A DNA stretch of 64,000 bases from Octopus vulgaris (taxonomy: Eukaryota). A program made the translations under genes and the position numbers. Positions 15,251 through 29,248 of the stretch are shown in pieces. The stretch is from the NCBI GenBank assembly GCA_951406725.2, contig OX597815.1, positions 201,128,001 through 201,192,000 of the forward strand, written 5' to 3'. Position 1 is the first letter of the stretch. Every line of letters starts with the position of its first letter. The notes under the pieces are model-generated. The model saw only the letters and a list, made by a program, of their open reading frames with translations. It was not told the DNA's origin and did not search any database.

Positions 15251-15965
15251 TGATCTTGAGAGTGGTATAGAATTGCAAAAGCCACAACTATATTACTGTA
15301 CTTGCTATAGATTTCGCCATTGGTTGTGTCATTATAGCCATTGTCATTTTCCCTGGATAATCTACACCCGCTTGATCTGTTACTTTTCTTTCTCTGCTTT
15401 CTAATTTACATATATTTGACCAGCTATATGTGGGCTAGAATGTATAGCTGTGGTTGCTTGAATAACTACGAAGAGGTAACAATCTCTTCCAATAGTCATG
15501 TTTACCATACTATTGTTTGCAACCCATTCCCGTATATTCCGCTACAACGATCATAATGTAAGTAATTTCCATAACGTTGATACGTATTAGAGCAAACTTA
15601 ACACACAGCTAGCTATTTCTAACTGCAAATGCTGAAGAGTAGAACTCGATAAATTCTTGCAATTTGGCTAGACGCTAGATTATTTATGTCATTCAGTTCA
15701 CCGAGCTTCATTTACCAATTACCTTGCTTACGTTTCTTATAGTAAAATCACGTAGGACGTAATCCCTGAGCAAGCATATTTCGAGGTTTGCGATCGTTCA
15801 CTTATGGCATTAAATACAATTGTGGAGTGAGAAAATTCATAATTAGCATTAAATTCCCGTTACATGTTGCATTCTCTTCACTATTCACGATGTATATAGT
15901 ATAGGGTAGATATATTCACGTATACATAAATATATTTGTGTGTATGTATGCATATGTATATGATA

Positions 15966-16301
<336 letters not shown>

Positions 16302-16333
16302 TTATATATATACGTATGTATATATATATATAT

Positions 16334-16866
16334 GAAAAAACAAGTCAAAAATAGAAAATGCTAAGATGATTTTATAGTGAATCTTTCAGTACCGGTTTCG
16401 GTCATTTTGAGACCTTTTCAACTGTAACGATTAAATAATTAAATTTAGAAAAATTAGAAGAAAAGTGTTTTTAAAAGAATATTTCAGTAGTGTTCAATTA
16501 ATATACCTATATATATACACACACAAATATTACACTCATGAATCCATATATATATATATATATACTATATATATATTCCATATTCTGATATGCGACTATA
16601 TATATACGACCATTATTCCCAGATTTCCCCATCCCTCTCCACATCAGCCTCATTATTCTTCACCTATCCTACCAAGAACTCAAAACGACCTCGAACAGAC
16701 AAGTGCAAACAAGGGAGTCATATTATATATACTACAGAAATATTCTTTTAAAAAACTTTTCTTCTAATTTTTCTAAATTTAATTATATATATAAAATGAC
16801 CGAAACCGGTACTGAAAGATCACTATAAAATCATCTTAGCATTTTCTATTTTTGACTTGTTTTTTC
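16334..16866. mobile_element. Short PLE-type insertion with inverted pseudo-LTR arms (16334-16491 and 16731-16866)
   Basis: Arms are near-identical reverse complements and carry a hammerhead motif; (TA)n on both outer sides. Confidence 0.75.
16387..16424 (-). ncRNA. Minimal type-I hammerhead ribozyme, U3-A8 core variant
   Basis: Minus strand reads CAG-UUGAAAA-GGUC(ucaaaau)GACC-GAAA-CCGG-UA-CUG: stems I and II pair, stem III is the palindrome ACCGGU, cleavage triplet GUA. Confidence 0.75.
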
Positions 16867-16880
16867 ATATATATATATAC

Positions 16881-16969
<89 letters not shown>

Positions 16970-17284
16970 CACATATATATATATACAGACACATAGGTGC
17001 ATGTGTATGTGTGTGTATGTGTGTTTGTGTGTGTGCGTATTCGCTTATAATGTCAAGTAAGAACCTCAGTCTTTTAGAAATCTTTGTATAACTTCTCCGT
17101 TGCTACTGACAATAAGTAAATGAATGAAACGACGTTCTATAAAAGCATTCCATCTGCATTATAAAATAATCTATATATTTTCATTGCAGTGACGTGTCTT
17201 TCGTACAGTGCTTCCTTACTTTTCTTCAATTTGATTCAAGAATGTTCAAATATATATAGAAATGTGTGTAGGTGTATATTTATG

Positions 17285-17350
<66 letters not shown>

Positions 17351-18382
17351 TGCGTGTATGAAGTTCTTAGCCACATGGCTGTCCGTTTCACTGGACTTTA
17401 CTGTGAATTCTTAAACCCAAGAGAGCGTCTCTATGTGGTTAACGATTCATAGCTGCATCCGAGATATATCGAGCAGGGGAGCGGAGACCTACCAACTTCT
17501 AGCGACGGACAAGCAGACCAGCCTGATTTTGCAACAATGAAAAATGCTAGTTCTAAAATCTCTTTAAGAGATCAACGCAATAGTTTTACTAACAAGTAAT
17601 GTTCGTTGCCACTTCAACCCCAAGAAGACATCTCCTCTATCTGGTAGAGGTTCCCTACACCATTTTGCCGTATGTAAACAAACAAGTTTGTTTTCGAAGA
17701 GTTTTAATGTATTGTAGGACAACTAGAGTGTAGAAAGATAAATTTTATCCAACGCATAGATACTTAACACTATATACATAAATGATAAAATTCTTCTTTT
17801 TTTCTTTTTACAGCAGAAACATTTGTCGACAGCCTGTCATACACCACTATGTTTTTGAAAATCAGTCATTCAATCGGTGAATTTTACTACATCATATCAC
17901 ATTATACTATATGTACCATCAGAGTTTTTATTTTAGTAACATCACAGCTGTTTGGCAAACGGTAAAAAGAAACACTGATTAATAGTTCTAAATATTTTTT
18001 GGCTTTAATAAAAAGTACATATAAGTATATGACATATAATAAGATATTATAATAATATATTGATATGTCACGATATATTAAATACATTATAATATAGGTG
18101 TCGAAAGCAAATAGAACCAAAACGGTAAAAAGTTAATAAATGAGGGAGCAAAATAGCACCTAAATTTGCTAGAAATGAGAGCTAAAATTTAACTCAAACT
18201 GCACCAACTTCATGAAATATTCGGAACCATGAAAGTAGCAAGCGAAAGCATCTTTCATTGGAGAGATACGTTCGCAGAATGAAGTAGTTTGATAACATTT
18301 TATTACCTGATTTCGAAATTTATTCAACAGGGTCTATAATTGCTTCTACAATTACTTCATGTTAAAAGAAGTAGCCTGCCTC

Positions 18383-18437
<55 letters not shown>

Positions 18438-18479
18438 CATACATACATACATACACACACACACAAACACACATATATG

Positions 18480-18542
<63 letters not shown>

Positions 18543-18553
18543 GTATGTATATA

Positions 18554-18724
18554 GGCGCAGGAGTGGCTGTGTGGTAAGTAGCTTGCTTACCAACCACATG
18601 GTACCGGGTTCAGTCCACTGCGTGACACCTTGGGCAAGTGTCTTCTGCTATAACCTCGGCCCGACCAAAATCTTGTGAGTAGATTTGGTAGACGGAGACT
18701 GAAAGAAGCTCGTTGTATATATGC

Positions 18725-18770
<46 letters not shown>

Positions 18771-18979
18771 ATATGTTTGTGTGTCTGTGTTTGCCTCTCC
18801 AACATCGCTGGACAACCGATGCCTGTGTGTTTACGCCCCTTAAATTAGCGGTTCGGCAAAAGACCCATAGAATAACTACTAGGGTTACAAAGAATAAGTC
18901 CTGGGGTCGATTTGCCCGACTAAAGGCGGTGCTCCAACATGGCCGCATTCAACTGATTGAAACAAGGAAAAGAGTAAAA

Positions 18980-18981
<2 letters not shown>
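18554..18981 (+). mobile_element. tRNA-derived CORE-type SINE (octopus OR-like) with internal microsatellite
   Basis: Head GGCGCAGGAGTGGCTGTGTGGTAAG; ACCTTGGGCAAGT core-like motif; 3' end GACTGAAACAAG..AAAAGAGTAAAAG; many copies in the window. Confidence 0.9.
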
Positions 18982-19033
<52 letters not shown>

Positions 19034-19037
19034 ACAG

Positions 19038-19405
19038 TTGTATACTGTCATCTAACACGAACGTGACAGTAGGGGTACACCGCTGCAAGCCTTGGAGGCA
19101 TCGAACGCCTCCTGATAAGCTTTGACACATTTTCCCTGTGTCCTTATATACATATACGAAGGGGAGACAAACACCCCCGGCTGCCGGAACTGCATCTAGG
19201 GACACCGTGTTTCAGGGTCGTTGAAACACGGTGTCCCTAGATGCAGTTTCGGCAGCCGGGGGTGTTTGTCTCCCTTCGTATATGTATATAAGGACACAGG
19301 GAAAAATGTGTCAAAGCTATCAGGAGGCGTTCGATGCCTCCTAGGGCTATACAGCGGTGGTGTACCCCCTACTGTCACGTTCTTGTTAGATTGACAGTAT
19401 ACAAC
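19038..19405. repeat. ~370-bp near-perfect inverted repeat (foldback element)
   Basis: Arms 19038-19214 and 19222-19405 are reverse complements around a 7-nt loop GGGTCGT, with few mismatches or indels. Confidence 0.97.
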
Positions 19406-19937
19406 CATTCTATCGCCCCACCACCGTACATGTCTCTACGAGAGATTTAGAAATTTAGTATTTCTTATAATATATATATATACATACATAAACTCCCGAC
19501 ATTTTTGTTTCTGCATGCAGCATTAGATATTTGGGTTACTAGCATCAAACCATGTCATTGGACGTAACTCATCTTTGCTCTCTCAGTCATATCCTTCTGT
19601 GCAGGTTCAGGGGATGTTGAAGGGAGGGTATTAGGTTTGAAGGTTTTCTTCTCTTAGGCTAATAGATTTCACTGCAGCTACAGAGTTTACTCTCAATGTA
19701 CACTTAAAAATATATATTTAACATGTAGACGGGACCCAGACAGGTACTACAGTTTCTGGTAAGAACGGACCATGGATTAATACATAATTAAGTGGTAGCT
19801 CTACGCTGCCTTCAAATCTATAACCGCTGAAGAAGATCTTCACAGTCACATGCATTATAATATAATCATATATATATATATATATATATATATAATCAAT
19901 AATAACAAAGGGTAAAATTAATTAATTAAGAAGTAAT

Positions 19938-20067
19938 CAGAGATTTGCTTAACCACATGTTTTCAAGTACTTTGGTTTTTCTGGAAGCCCCTTTTAAAGT
20001 AGAAGGAATAGCTAAGATTTTTTGACTGCTATTTCTAAACTTCGATATGTGGTGAAGCAAATCTCTG
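19938..20067. repeat. 23-bp inverted repeat with 84-bp spacer
   Basis: CAGAGATTTGCTTAACCACATGT / ATATGTGGTGAAGCAAATCTCTG, 21 of 23 positions complementary. Confidence 0.8.
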
Positions 20068-20088
20068 CTGAACCCTAATTATAAAGTA

Positions 20089-20162
<74 letters not shown>

Positions 20163-21025
20163 TGATGAATAGATATATAGAGTTAAACAAATACACACAT
20201 ACACACATATATAAATATATATGCGCGAATGAACGCATACCTATATGTATAAAAGAGTAATTTATTCTGTCACACTGTCACCAAATGTACTTTACTTCTC
20301 AGTGCTACAACTTTTCTTCCATTTCTAGAAGTAAGCACGTCAGTGATGTATGACGCATTTCTCACCTGCGTTTTGTCGAGTTAAATAATACGTTCTTAAT
20401 ATCCATTTAACAAGTTTTGTCTATTGCATATGACAGAGAAATTTTATAACAAATGATATCAACTCTTGCATATTCCGGGATATTCATCTCGATTGTTGAA
20501 TGCAGGGGGACATGAATTTATAAATACCAAAATCTATCACGTAGTGGAACTTCGTATTGAAAACTGCACTACTATAAAATCTTCAAAAGAAAAGAAGATG
20601 AATCTCTAAATAGGTACTAAATTATGTAGGTTGCCTTCGGGAATCATTCTTGACAAATCTCTTTACTGTAACATTCATCTGATACGAAACATATGTTAAG
20701 AATTTTCTTGATAATAAAAATAAGGAAGATTATTCAACTTTTGAAATAACTTTATTAAATTTGAAACACGGGGAAATATCCGTTGGGCATTTTCTTATAC
20801 CGTTTTCTATTATTATGTTTTGAATTCAAGCCAGCATTTACTTTTTATCTTACAACGCTTGATAAAACACTTACGAGCAAATAATGAAGTTAATATACTC
20901 GGGTGTATACCGTCCCCCAGAGGAAATTCACTTTATCCAATATAATCGGCGATGCTTACGTCATAGATAATGATTTCTCTTTCACAACAATTCATATTTT
21001 TATGAAATATACATATATATACACA

Positions 21026-21070
<45 letters not shown>

Positions 21071-21581
21071 CGTAATAAAATAATATTATATTTCTGTTTA
21101 TACACATACATAGTATACAGACACACACAGATACATACACATATATTTATATACGCTAACATCTTTCAAAATAGGTAGCTTCATAGCTTTCAAAGTTAAT
21201 TACTAATTATATAACATAAACACTTACAGAATTTGTTTACTGAAAAAAATATAACACAGAATGTTATACATAAATATTTCGTGTAGAAATTATTATATTT
21301 GTTACCTCTAATCGTAATATAACGAAAACATTTCTTGAAGCAATGTCACCTCTTAAGTAGAGTTTTACTCTCCTAAGACAATGTTCTGTGTGCAAAAATA
21401 CAGCTGCATACATGTTGACATACACACATGTACATACAAAGACAGATATTAAGGTATGTCTCTATATATGTGCATACTCATTATGTATATATACATGTAT
21501 GTGTATACCTAAGCTAATGCATTTTCACCGGACATATACACACGTAGATCAATGTATTAAGTATGTATGTATGTATGGATA

Positions 21582-21683
<102 letters not shown>

Positions 21684-21796
21684 TTCAGTTGAATTAGTTA
21701 TATATATAGTTGAAGCACCAAGTGGGTGCGGTATTATCCGTACAACTCGAAGTAAGGTGAATAAAATCAAAATAAGCAACAGGATATCAAAAGATG

Positions 21797-21883
21797 ATGC
21801 AGTACGACCGTTTCAAGCGGCTCTATTTAATTGAACAATGCAATCATTACATCAATTTAAATACATTGCTATCTCAGCTGCAT
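21797..21883 (-). ncRNA. Hammerhead-like motif with enlarged stem II, in a probable PLE pseudo-LTR (~21705-21950)
   Basis: AUGCAG-CUGAGA..AGC[insert with CAAUGUA/UGCAUUG stem]GCU-U-GAAA-CGGUCG-UA-CUGCAU; 6-bp stem I. Confidence 0.55.
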
Positions 21884-22325
21884 AATTAAATTTTTATCAG
21901 TTGGACATATTAATATGATTTTACTCCAATTCTCTAATAGAGCAAGAAGAGGGTGGTAGAACTTTGTAATTTTTATCATCGGAATGAGCGACAGTATCAA
22001 TCCCAAATATACCAAGGTGATACAAGATTGTTTCACTGAGAATTATCAAATGAAAACGCTGAAGTATATTTTACAGAGTATATAATTAAGTTAAGAAAAT
22101 GTGAGTAATGCCGAAGAGGAAGTGAATGAGTATTAATCTATTGCTATAACATGGATAAAATACCAGACTATTTAAATCGCCTCAAGTCAATATAATTTCA
22201 AACAAAACAAGCGTTAATTTACAGCAGTCATTTTTGGAAAATCTTTTAAAACTACTAATTCAAATATATGTACCGTTAAATATACATTATATACATACAT
22301 ATATATATATATATATATATTATAT

Positions 22326-22385
<60 letters not shown>

Positions 22386-22390
22386 TACAT

Positions 22391-22445
<55 letters not shown>

Positions 22446-22490
22446 GTATATACATATATACATATATATGTATACATATATATATACATG

Positions 22491-22532
<42 letters not shown>

Positions 22533-22965
22533 ATATAACTATTATATATCTATATCTATCTATCTATATATATATAGGTAAAGCGTTAAATTAACATACA
22601 CATCGACTAATAATAACATAAAATATTTAAAACATCAACATTCTTTAAACGAATATATATATACAGTACCACACATATTTTGGGACTTCTCTGTCGCACA
22701 CAATATCCATCTCTCTCCTTACCTTTCTCCCTCTCTCTCTATCTATTTCTTTGTATATGTACTTAAGGGTATTATTTTAATGCAAATTTAAGAATGACGA
22801 CAGATCACAGCAAAGTAAAATTTATTGTTAAATAGAAATTAACTGGGGATTGCAGTGGCAAATGAAGTTAAATATACATGTAACTATATAATTATATATA
22901 TTTGTTTATATATATATGTATACACATACATGTATCTGTGAATGTGTGTGTGTGCTTTTGTATGT

Positions 22966-22969
<4 letters not shown>

Positions 22970-23040
<71 letters not shown>
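22970..23040. repeat. (TG)n microsatellite
   Basis: Pure TG run. Confidence 0.98.
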
Positions 23041-23043
<3 letters not shown>

Positions 23044-23512
23044 ATGTTTATTTTTGAAAGCTATTCTGAACAGAACCTGCCAACAGCCTATAATGTAGCT
23101 ATCTTAGTTTTCATAAACTCTCATGCACAAATATACATTTGTTTAAAGAATTTAATATACAAATAAATACCCGTGATATATATATATATATATATATATA
23201 TTCTTACATTAGACATGTATACATTCTCGAGAGAAACTGAACATACGTAGATTTATTAATGATCATAAATATACACAAATATAAACGCAAACGCACTCAT
23301 AAATGTCTCTTCATATGTGTGTGTGTATACGTTTTGCATACTATGTTTAAATATTTGTATGAAGTTCGTTTTTGTGAATGGTGAATGTATGCATGTGCAC
23401 TACGAATGAATACATCAATAGCCTTTATGTGTGTCTCTTACTTCATAACAAAGTATATTCATTTCTTTTAAATGTAGCAAATATGATACTATATGCGTAT
23501 GTGTCTGGGTGC

Positions 23513-23576
<64 letters not shown>

Positions 23577-23853
23577 ATATATGTGTGTGTGTGTCAGTAA
23601 ATAAAACTATTTTGTATTTATGTATTCGTATTCAAACGAAAGCTGACGTAAAACATAGACATGTTTGTTCGTCTATATTTAACCATACAAGAGTATACTT
23701 CATTTTATCTACCTTAATTCTATATTGCCTGTTCTAATTTTCATCAAAATACAATGTAGTAAACCAGTCTGTATGTACCTTCACATATTCCCACATATAC
23801 AGACACTCACGAACACATATATATATATATATATATATGTATCTATGTATGTA

Positions 23854-23890
<37 letters not shown>

Positions 23891-24090
23891 CTATGTATGT
23901 ATATATGTATATATATGTGAGAGAGATTGTGTGCACGTGTATGTGCGTGTGTTTATGTGTGCGTATATACGTACATACACACACTTATATTTATATTTAG
24001 AAGCATACACACATATGCAAGAACGAGAATGGGGTGAATGTGTATGTATGCACCTGTCTTTGTGCTTGTGAGTGTGTGTGTACTTATGCT

Positions 24091-24446
24091 ACGTTCCATA
24101 GTCTATGAACTTGTTTTATTTGTATTTTCTAGCATTGCGGCTTTTGTCTGTGGATATTGATTTGTCGCGACGCCTAAAGAATTTTTATTCAAATCCACTC
24201 CTTTGTAAATTGTTTTTGTTCTGCTTACTGCTTTCTAGCTTCACGATACAACAAAATGGTCAATAATGCCCTTTAATTAGGCAATTTAACCACCTTACTT
24301 TGTCGAATACAGTTTTCTTTATATATTATATATATATATATTTTATTATTTTTATATAATATAATATATATATTTTTAAGTCTTTTATATATATATATAT
24401 ATACACAAACACACATAAACACACACACAAACACACACAATACACA

Positions 24447-24479
<33 letters not shown>

Positions 24480-24865
24480 GATACACATATGTGAGTATAT
24501 TTGTGTATATGCAAATACACACACATGCTTATAAACATAAATGAATATATAGGTTAAAATGAGAATATATATATATATATGTGTGTGTGTGTGTTGTGTA
24601 CGTACGTGTGCATGTAGTATGTGTGTCTCTACGTGTATGTAAGCATGCATCTGCGCGCGTGTGTGTGTGTGTGTGTATCAGTGTCTCTGTGTCTATGTGT
24701 GGTTGTCTCTGTTTTGTTTTTTTTTTTGTTTTTTTTGTTTTTTTGTTTGTATGTATGTTTTGTGTGTGTTTGGTGTATATATGTGTATATATATATATAT
24801 ATGTGTTGTGTGTTGTGGTGTGTTGTGTGTGTATATATTTTATATATATATATATATATTATATT

Positions 24866-24913
<48 letters not shown>

Positions 24914-25474
24914 CATATAGTACATGTATTATATAGATAAACAGGGAGTCACATGAGTCGTGTGTTAGAATAGCTACACACATTATATTTATATTTATAA
25001 GTCATATGCAGAACATAATGTGTAGAAATGTCGCATGTGTGTGTATATGTACGTTCCATAGCTATGAACTTGTTTTATTTGTATAATGCCTGGATATTGA
25101 ACGCCTGAATTTTTACAACAATACTCCTTTTATGTTTTGCATACTGTTTCTAGCTTCACGATACAACAAAATGTCAATATGCCCTTTAATTAGCAATTTA
25201 ACCAAGTCGAATAACAGTCTTGCATCCTTACCTTCAAGAAGCAGTATTTTATTTATTTTATAAAAGTGTCTTTATTAAGTCTTTCAAGCGGCGCTATTTT
25301 GTCTGCCACAGAAACATACACATAAACACACTACATTCACACACACACAAACACACATACACACAAGCACACACACACACACACACACCGATACACATAT
25401 GTGAGTATATTTGTGTATATGCAAATACACACACATGCTTATAAACATAAATGAATATATAGGTTAAAATGAGA

Positions 25475-25514
<40 letters not shown>

Positions 25515-25610
25515 ACGTATGCATGTAGTATGTGTGTCTCTACGTGTATGTAAGCATGCATCTGCGCGCGTGTGTGTGTGTGTGTGTATCAGTGTCTCTG
25601 TGTCTATGTG
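24091..25610 (+). repeat. Tandem duplication (24091-24698 and 25050-25610), probably an assembly artifact
   Basis: Long identical blocks alternate with indel-riddled segments. Confidence 0.8.
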
Positions 25611-26132
25611 CATTACGATGTCTCTCTCTACAGACTTTGATTATGCAGAATAAAATGCGTTCCGTAAATTCATCTGGTTTCAGCATTCTGATATCAAAAT
25701 ATATATTCATGTTCGTTATTGTTTTTAAATGAACTATTTGTTCATTTGCTTGTTTTCCTTAAATATTGGTATTTCTAATTTCTGAAAAATTAGCAGTGTA
25801 TATATTTTACAATATTTACATTTACACAAGCATCTTCTGCACAGAAAATATTCCTATTACTAAATTCATATTCAACATTAATTATCTTTTTCTGTCTGTC
25901 CATTGAAAATTTTTTTAGCCTGCAAACATCCTCACTCATGTTGGATCTCTTCTTTTGCTGTTAGCATCAGACAATTTTCTATTGTTATCGTGTTCGAAGT
26001 CAAGTTAATGGCAATCGGTGTGACTGAAAAGAAATATGTGACACCTATAGAACCCTTCCAGGTTCCAAGCTGTTAAGTTGGACTGGCGGTTGGTAAAATG
26101 AAACAAACGTAAAGGAAAGCATGTATATATAC

Positions 26133-26164
<32 letters not shown>

Positions 26165-26544
26165 TCACGTGTGCGTGTGTGTGTGAGAGAGAAAGAGAGT
26201 TAGTGAGTGAGGGAGGGGTTAAAAACGCTAGCAGCTTTACGATTGTTCAAGTCTACGACATGGGTAATTGCTGCTCTTCTCGAATTCGAGTGAGAATACT
26301 TGGAGATACACAAACGTTGATCTGATAGACTTAAGCTCATATAATTGTTTTTATTAATAAGCCAATGTATATATAGCTTCCATTTGATATCGAAAATATG
26401 AATATGATTCTTGTGCTAATATTCTTCATGATTTAATCATATCTATCATAGAAAATTTATTCAGAAATTATCGCACATGGATGGGTAACTTTGAAGTATG
26501 CTTTGTGAAGGAATTTATAGACGGAAACTATTTGGAATCTCATG

Positions 26545-26575
<31 letters not shown>

Positions 26576-26732
26576 GAGTGGCTGTGTGGTAAGTAGCTTG
26601 TTTACCAACCACATGGTTCCGGTTCAGTCTTGCACTGCGTGGCAACTTGCAAGTGTTTCTACTAGCCTCGGGCTGACCAAAGCCTTGTGAGTGGATTTGG
26701 TAGACGGAAACTGAAAGAACCCATCGTATATA

Positions 26733-26799
<67 letters not shown>

Positions 26800-27031
26800 G
26801 TATATATATGCGTGTGTGTTTGTGTGTCTGTGTTTGTCCCCCTAGCATTGCTTGGACAACCGATGCTGGTGTGTTTATGTCCCCGTTACTTAGCGGTTCG
26901 GCAAAAGAGACCGATAGAATAAGTACTGGGCTTACGAAAGAATAAGTCCCGGGGGTCGAGTTGCTCTATTAAAGGCGGTGCTCCAGCATGGCCGCGGTCA
27001 GATGACTGAAACGAGTAAATTGTATAAAAGA

Positions 27032-27032
<1 letters not shown>
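26576..27032 (+). mobile_element. CORE-type tRNA SINE copy
   Basis: Aligns with 18554-18981. Confidence 0.9.
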
Positions 27033-27115
<83 letters not shown>

Positions 27116-27346
27116 TTGTGTCTTATTGTTCTTGTATTTTCTTTTTGTCCCTCCATTACAAGAGAATTGAGCTTCTTTCTGTTTTCTTCTCTATAAAAAG
27201 TTCTAAATTTCAAAATCTCAAAGTGTTACACAAGTATGGCTGCAGTTCAAACGAGTAAGATATAAGATATTAAAGTGCTATTAATGAAAAATTACAAACG
27301 ATTTGCGAATAAATAGAAACATTATATGAGCTTAAATCTATCACAT

Positions 27347-27756
27347 CGTAGGAGTGGCTTTTGTGGTAAGTAGCTTGCTAACAAACCACATGGTTCCGGG
27401 TCAGTCCCACTGCGTGGCATCTTAGGCAAGTGTCTTCTGCTATAGCCCCAGGCCGACCAATGCCTTGTGAGTGGATTTGGTTGACAAACTGAAAGAAGCC
27501 TGTCGTATATATGTATATATATATATGTATGTGTGTGTATGTGTTTGTGTGTCTGTGTGTGTCCCTCTTGCATTGCTTGACAACGGATGCTGTTGTGTTT
27601 ACCTCTCCGTTACTTAGCGGTTCGGCAAAAGAGACCGATAGAATAATTACTAGGCTTACAAAGAATAAGTCCCTTGGTCGATTTGCTCGACTAAAGGCGG
27701 TGCTCCAGCATGGCCGCAGTCAAATGACTGAAACAAGTAAAAGAGAGAGAAAAGAG
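27347..27756 (+). mobile_element. CORE-type tRNA SINE copy
   Basis: Aligns with 18554-18981. Confidence 0.9.
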
Positions 27757-29248
27757 CATATCAGAATTTTTGTACAATATTCGTTATTTTACACCCTTCC
27801 TCATTTATCATAATCCGAACCCTATTTACATTTGAATTATATGCGTAGATTATTTCCTCCTGAACAAAGTATTGCCCATTCTTCATTCTCAACCGCTTTT
27901 CTATGTGCAAAAATATGATTAACAAACAAGTCACAACTTTATTTTACCACTGAATTTTGGGGAAAGAAGATCTGATTTACTCATTGCATTAACAGTGAGG
28001 CATTGAGAGATGTTAATTTTTATGAATTTTTGCCCAGTTTTCTGTGAGCATCACTGTTATTTGCCTTTGGCATTGCATTTAATTACTATAATCGAGGGGT
28101 AAATTTTAATAATTAAAGATATTTTTCTCTTTATACAGCATTCACTATGTCGTTCCTTAGTAATTAGATTAAATTTGGTAGAGATGTTATATATTTTCCT
28201 TAGCACCATGAGCTTTTATTTCACAAGCAAACCTTGCCGCTTCTCATCGTATTAATGCTGCACACAGGAATAGATATATTCAATTGGTTATTACCAAACA
28301 AATTTGGGTATGTATGAATACAATAACTCTGTCTGCAGTTTCCTACCCAATTCACCGCTTATTGATTGCATAAACATCATTATGTACCGTTTCACAAGAC
28401 ATTATCAACGTTTTTTTCCCCCTTTCCATAATTTCATTCTTGTAAACACGAAGATGCCTAGCCTGAATTGCATACAAGAAATCAAATGATTTGTGAAACA
28501 GTGATTATAATCAATGATATTAAATAAACGTACCCTATGCAGAGACAGGCGTTTACAATTTGGTGCACATTCAAGACGAAATGCAATGAGATTCGTAGCA
28601 TACGAAACAAAGAAAGCATAATTTCTTTTTAGGACGTTGCCTATAGAATGACAGACCTATGATCTATTTCGCGTTTCTATATTTCTTAACGTATATACAA
28701 TTCAACATGTTTCCCTTTCATGCCAGGTGTCGCAGAAATATCAAAATATCCCTATAACACACGCACAAAACCACATACATATATGCATTCACACACATGC
28801 TTACATACATAAATGCATGTATCATATGTGGGTATATGTGTGTATGTGTGTGCGCGCGCGCGTGTGTGTGTGTGTGTTCTCGTCGAATTATTTGTGTTTT
28901 TCCTCTGAGAGCAGAGCTGCTTTCTAACGAAGATACGAATCTCCATCACTGATATATTTTAAAATTTAGAAAAGTCTTGCATATATTTAGTGTTACACTT
29001 ACAGATTATATTTGTAATATACGAGTTGGTTGATTTCATCTTTTGAAAAACCTACTTCATTCAGGCCTTGCTAATCAACGCAGTCGACAGTAAGAGTTTT
29101 CTTAGCACTGAAATGTTGAAATGTACAAACGTATGGTAGCACATATTGTTCGGTTCTCTGAAGTGAGAAAAACAAACGGATATGATATTTAGCTTTGTGT
29201 AAATCATACTATCTCGCACATTTGCTCATTCTAATAATCAAATGCACG

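Noticed and set aside
19095-19200. Type-III hammerhead in the foldback arm (GAGGC/GCCTC-CTGATAA...GGAAC or CGAAAC)
   Set aside because: No NUH before stem I, no stem III partner, and the core is wrong
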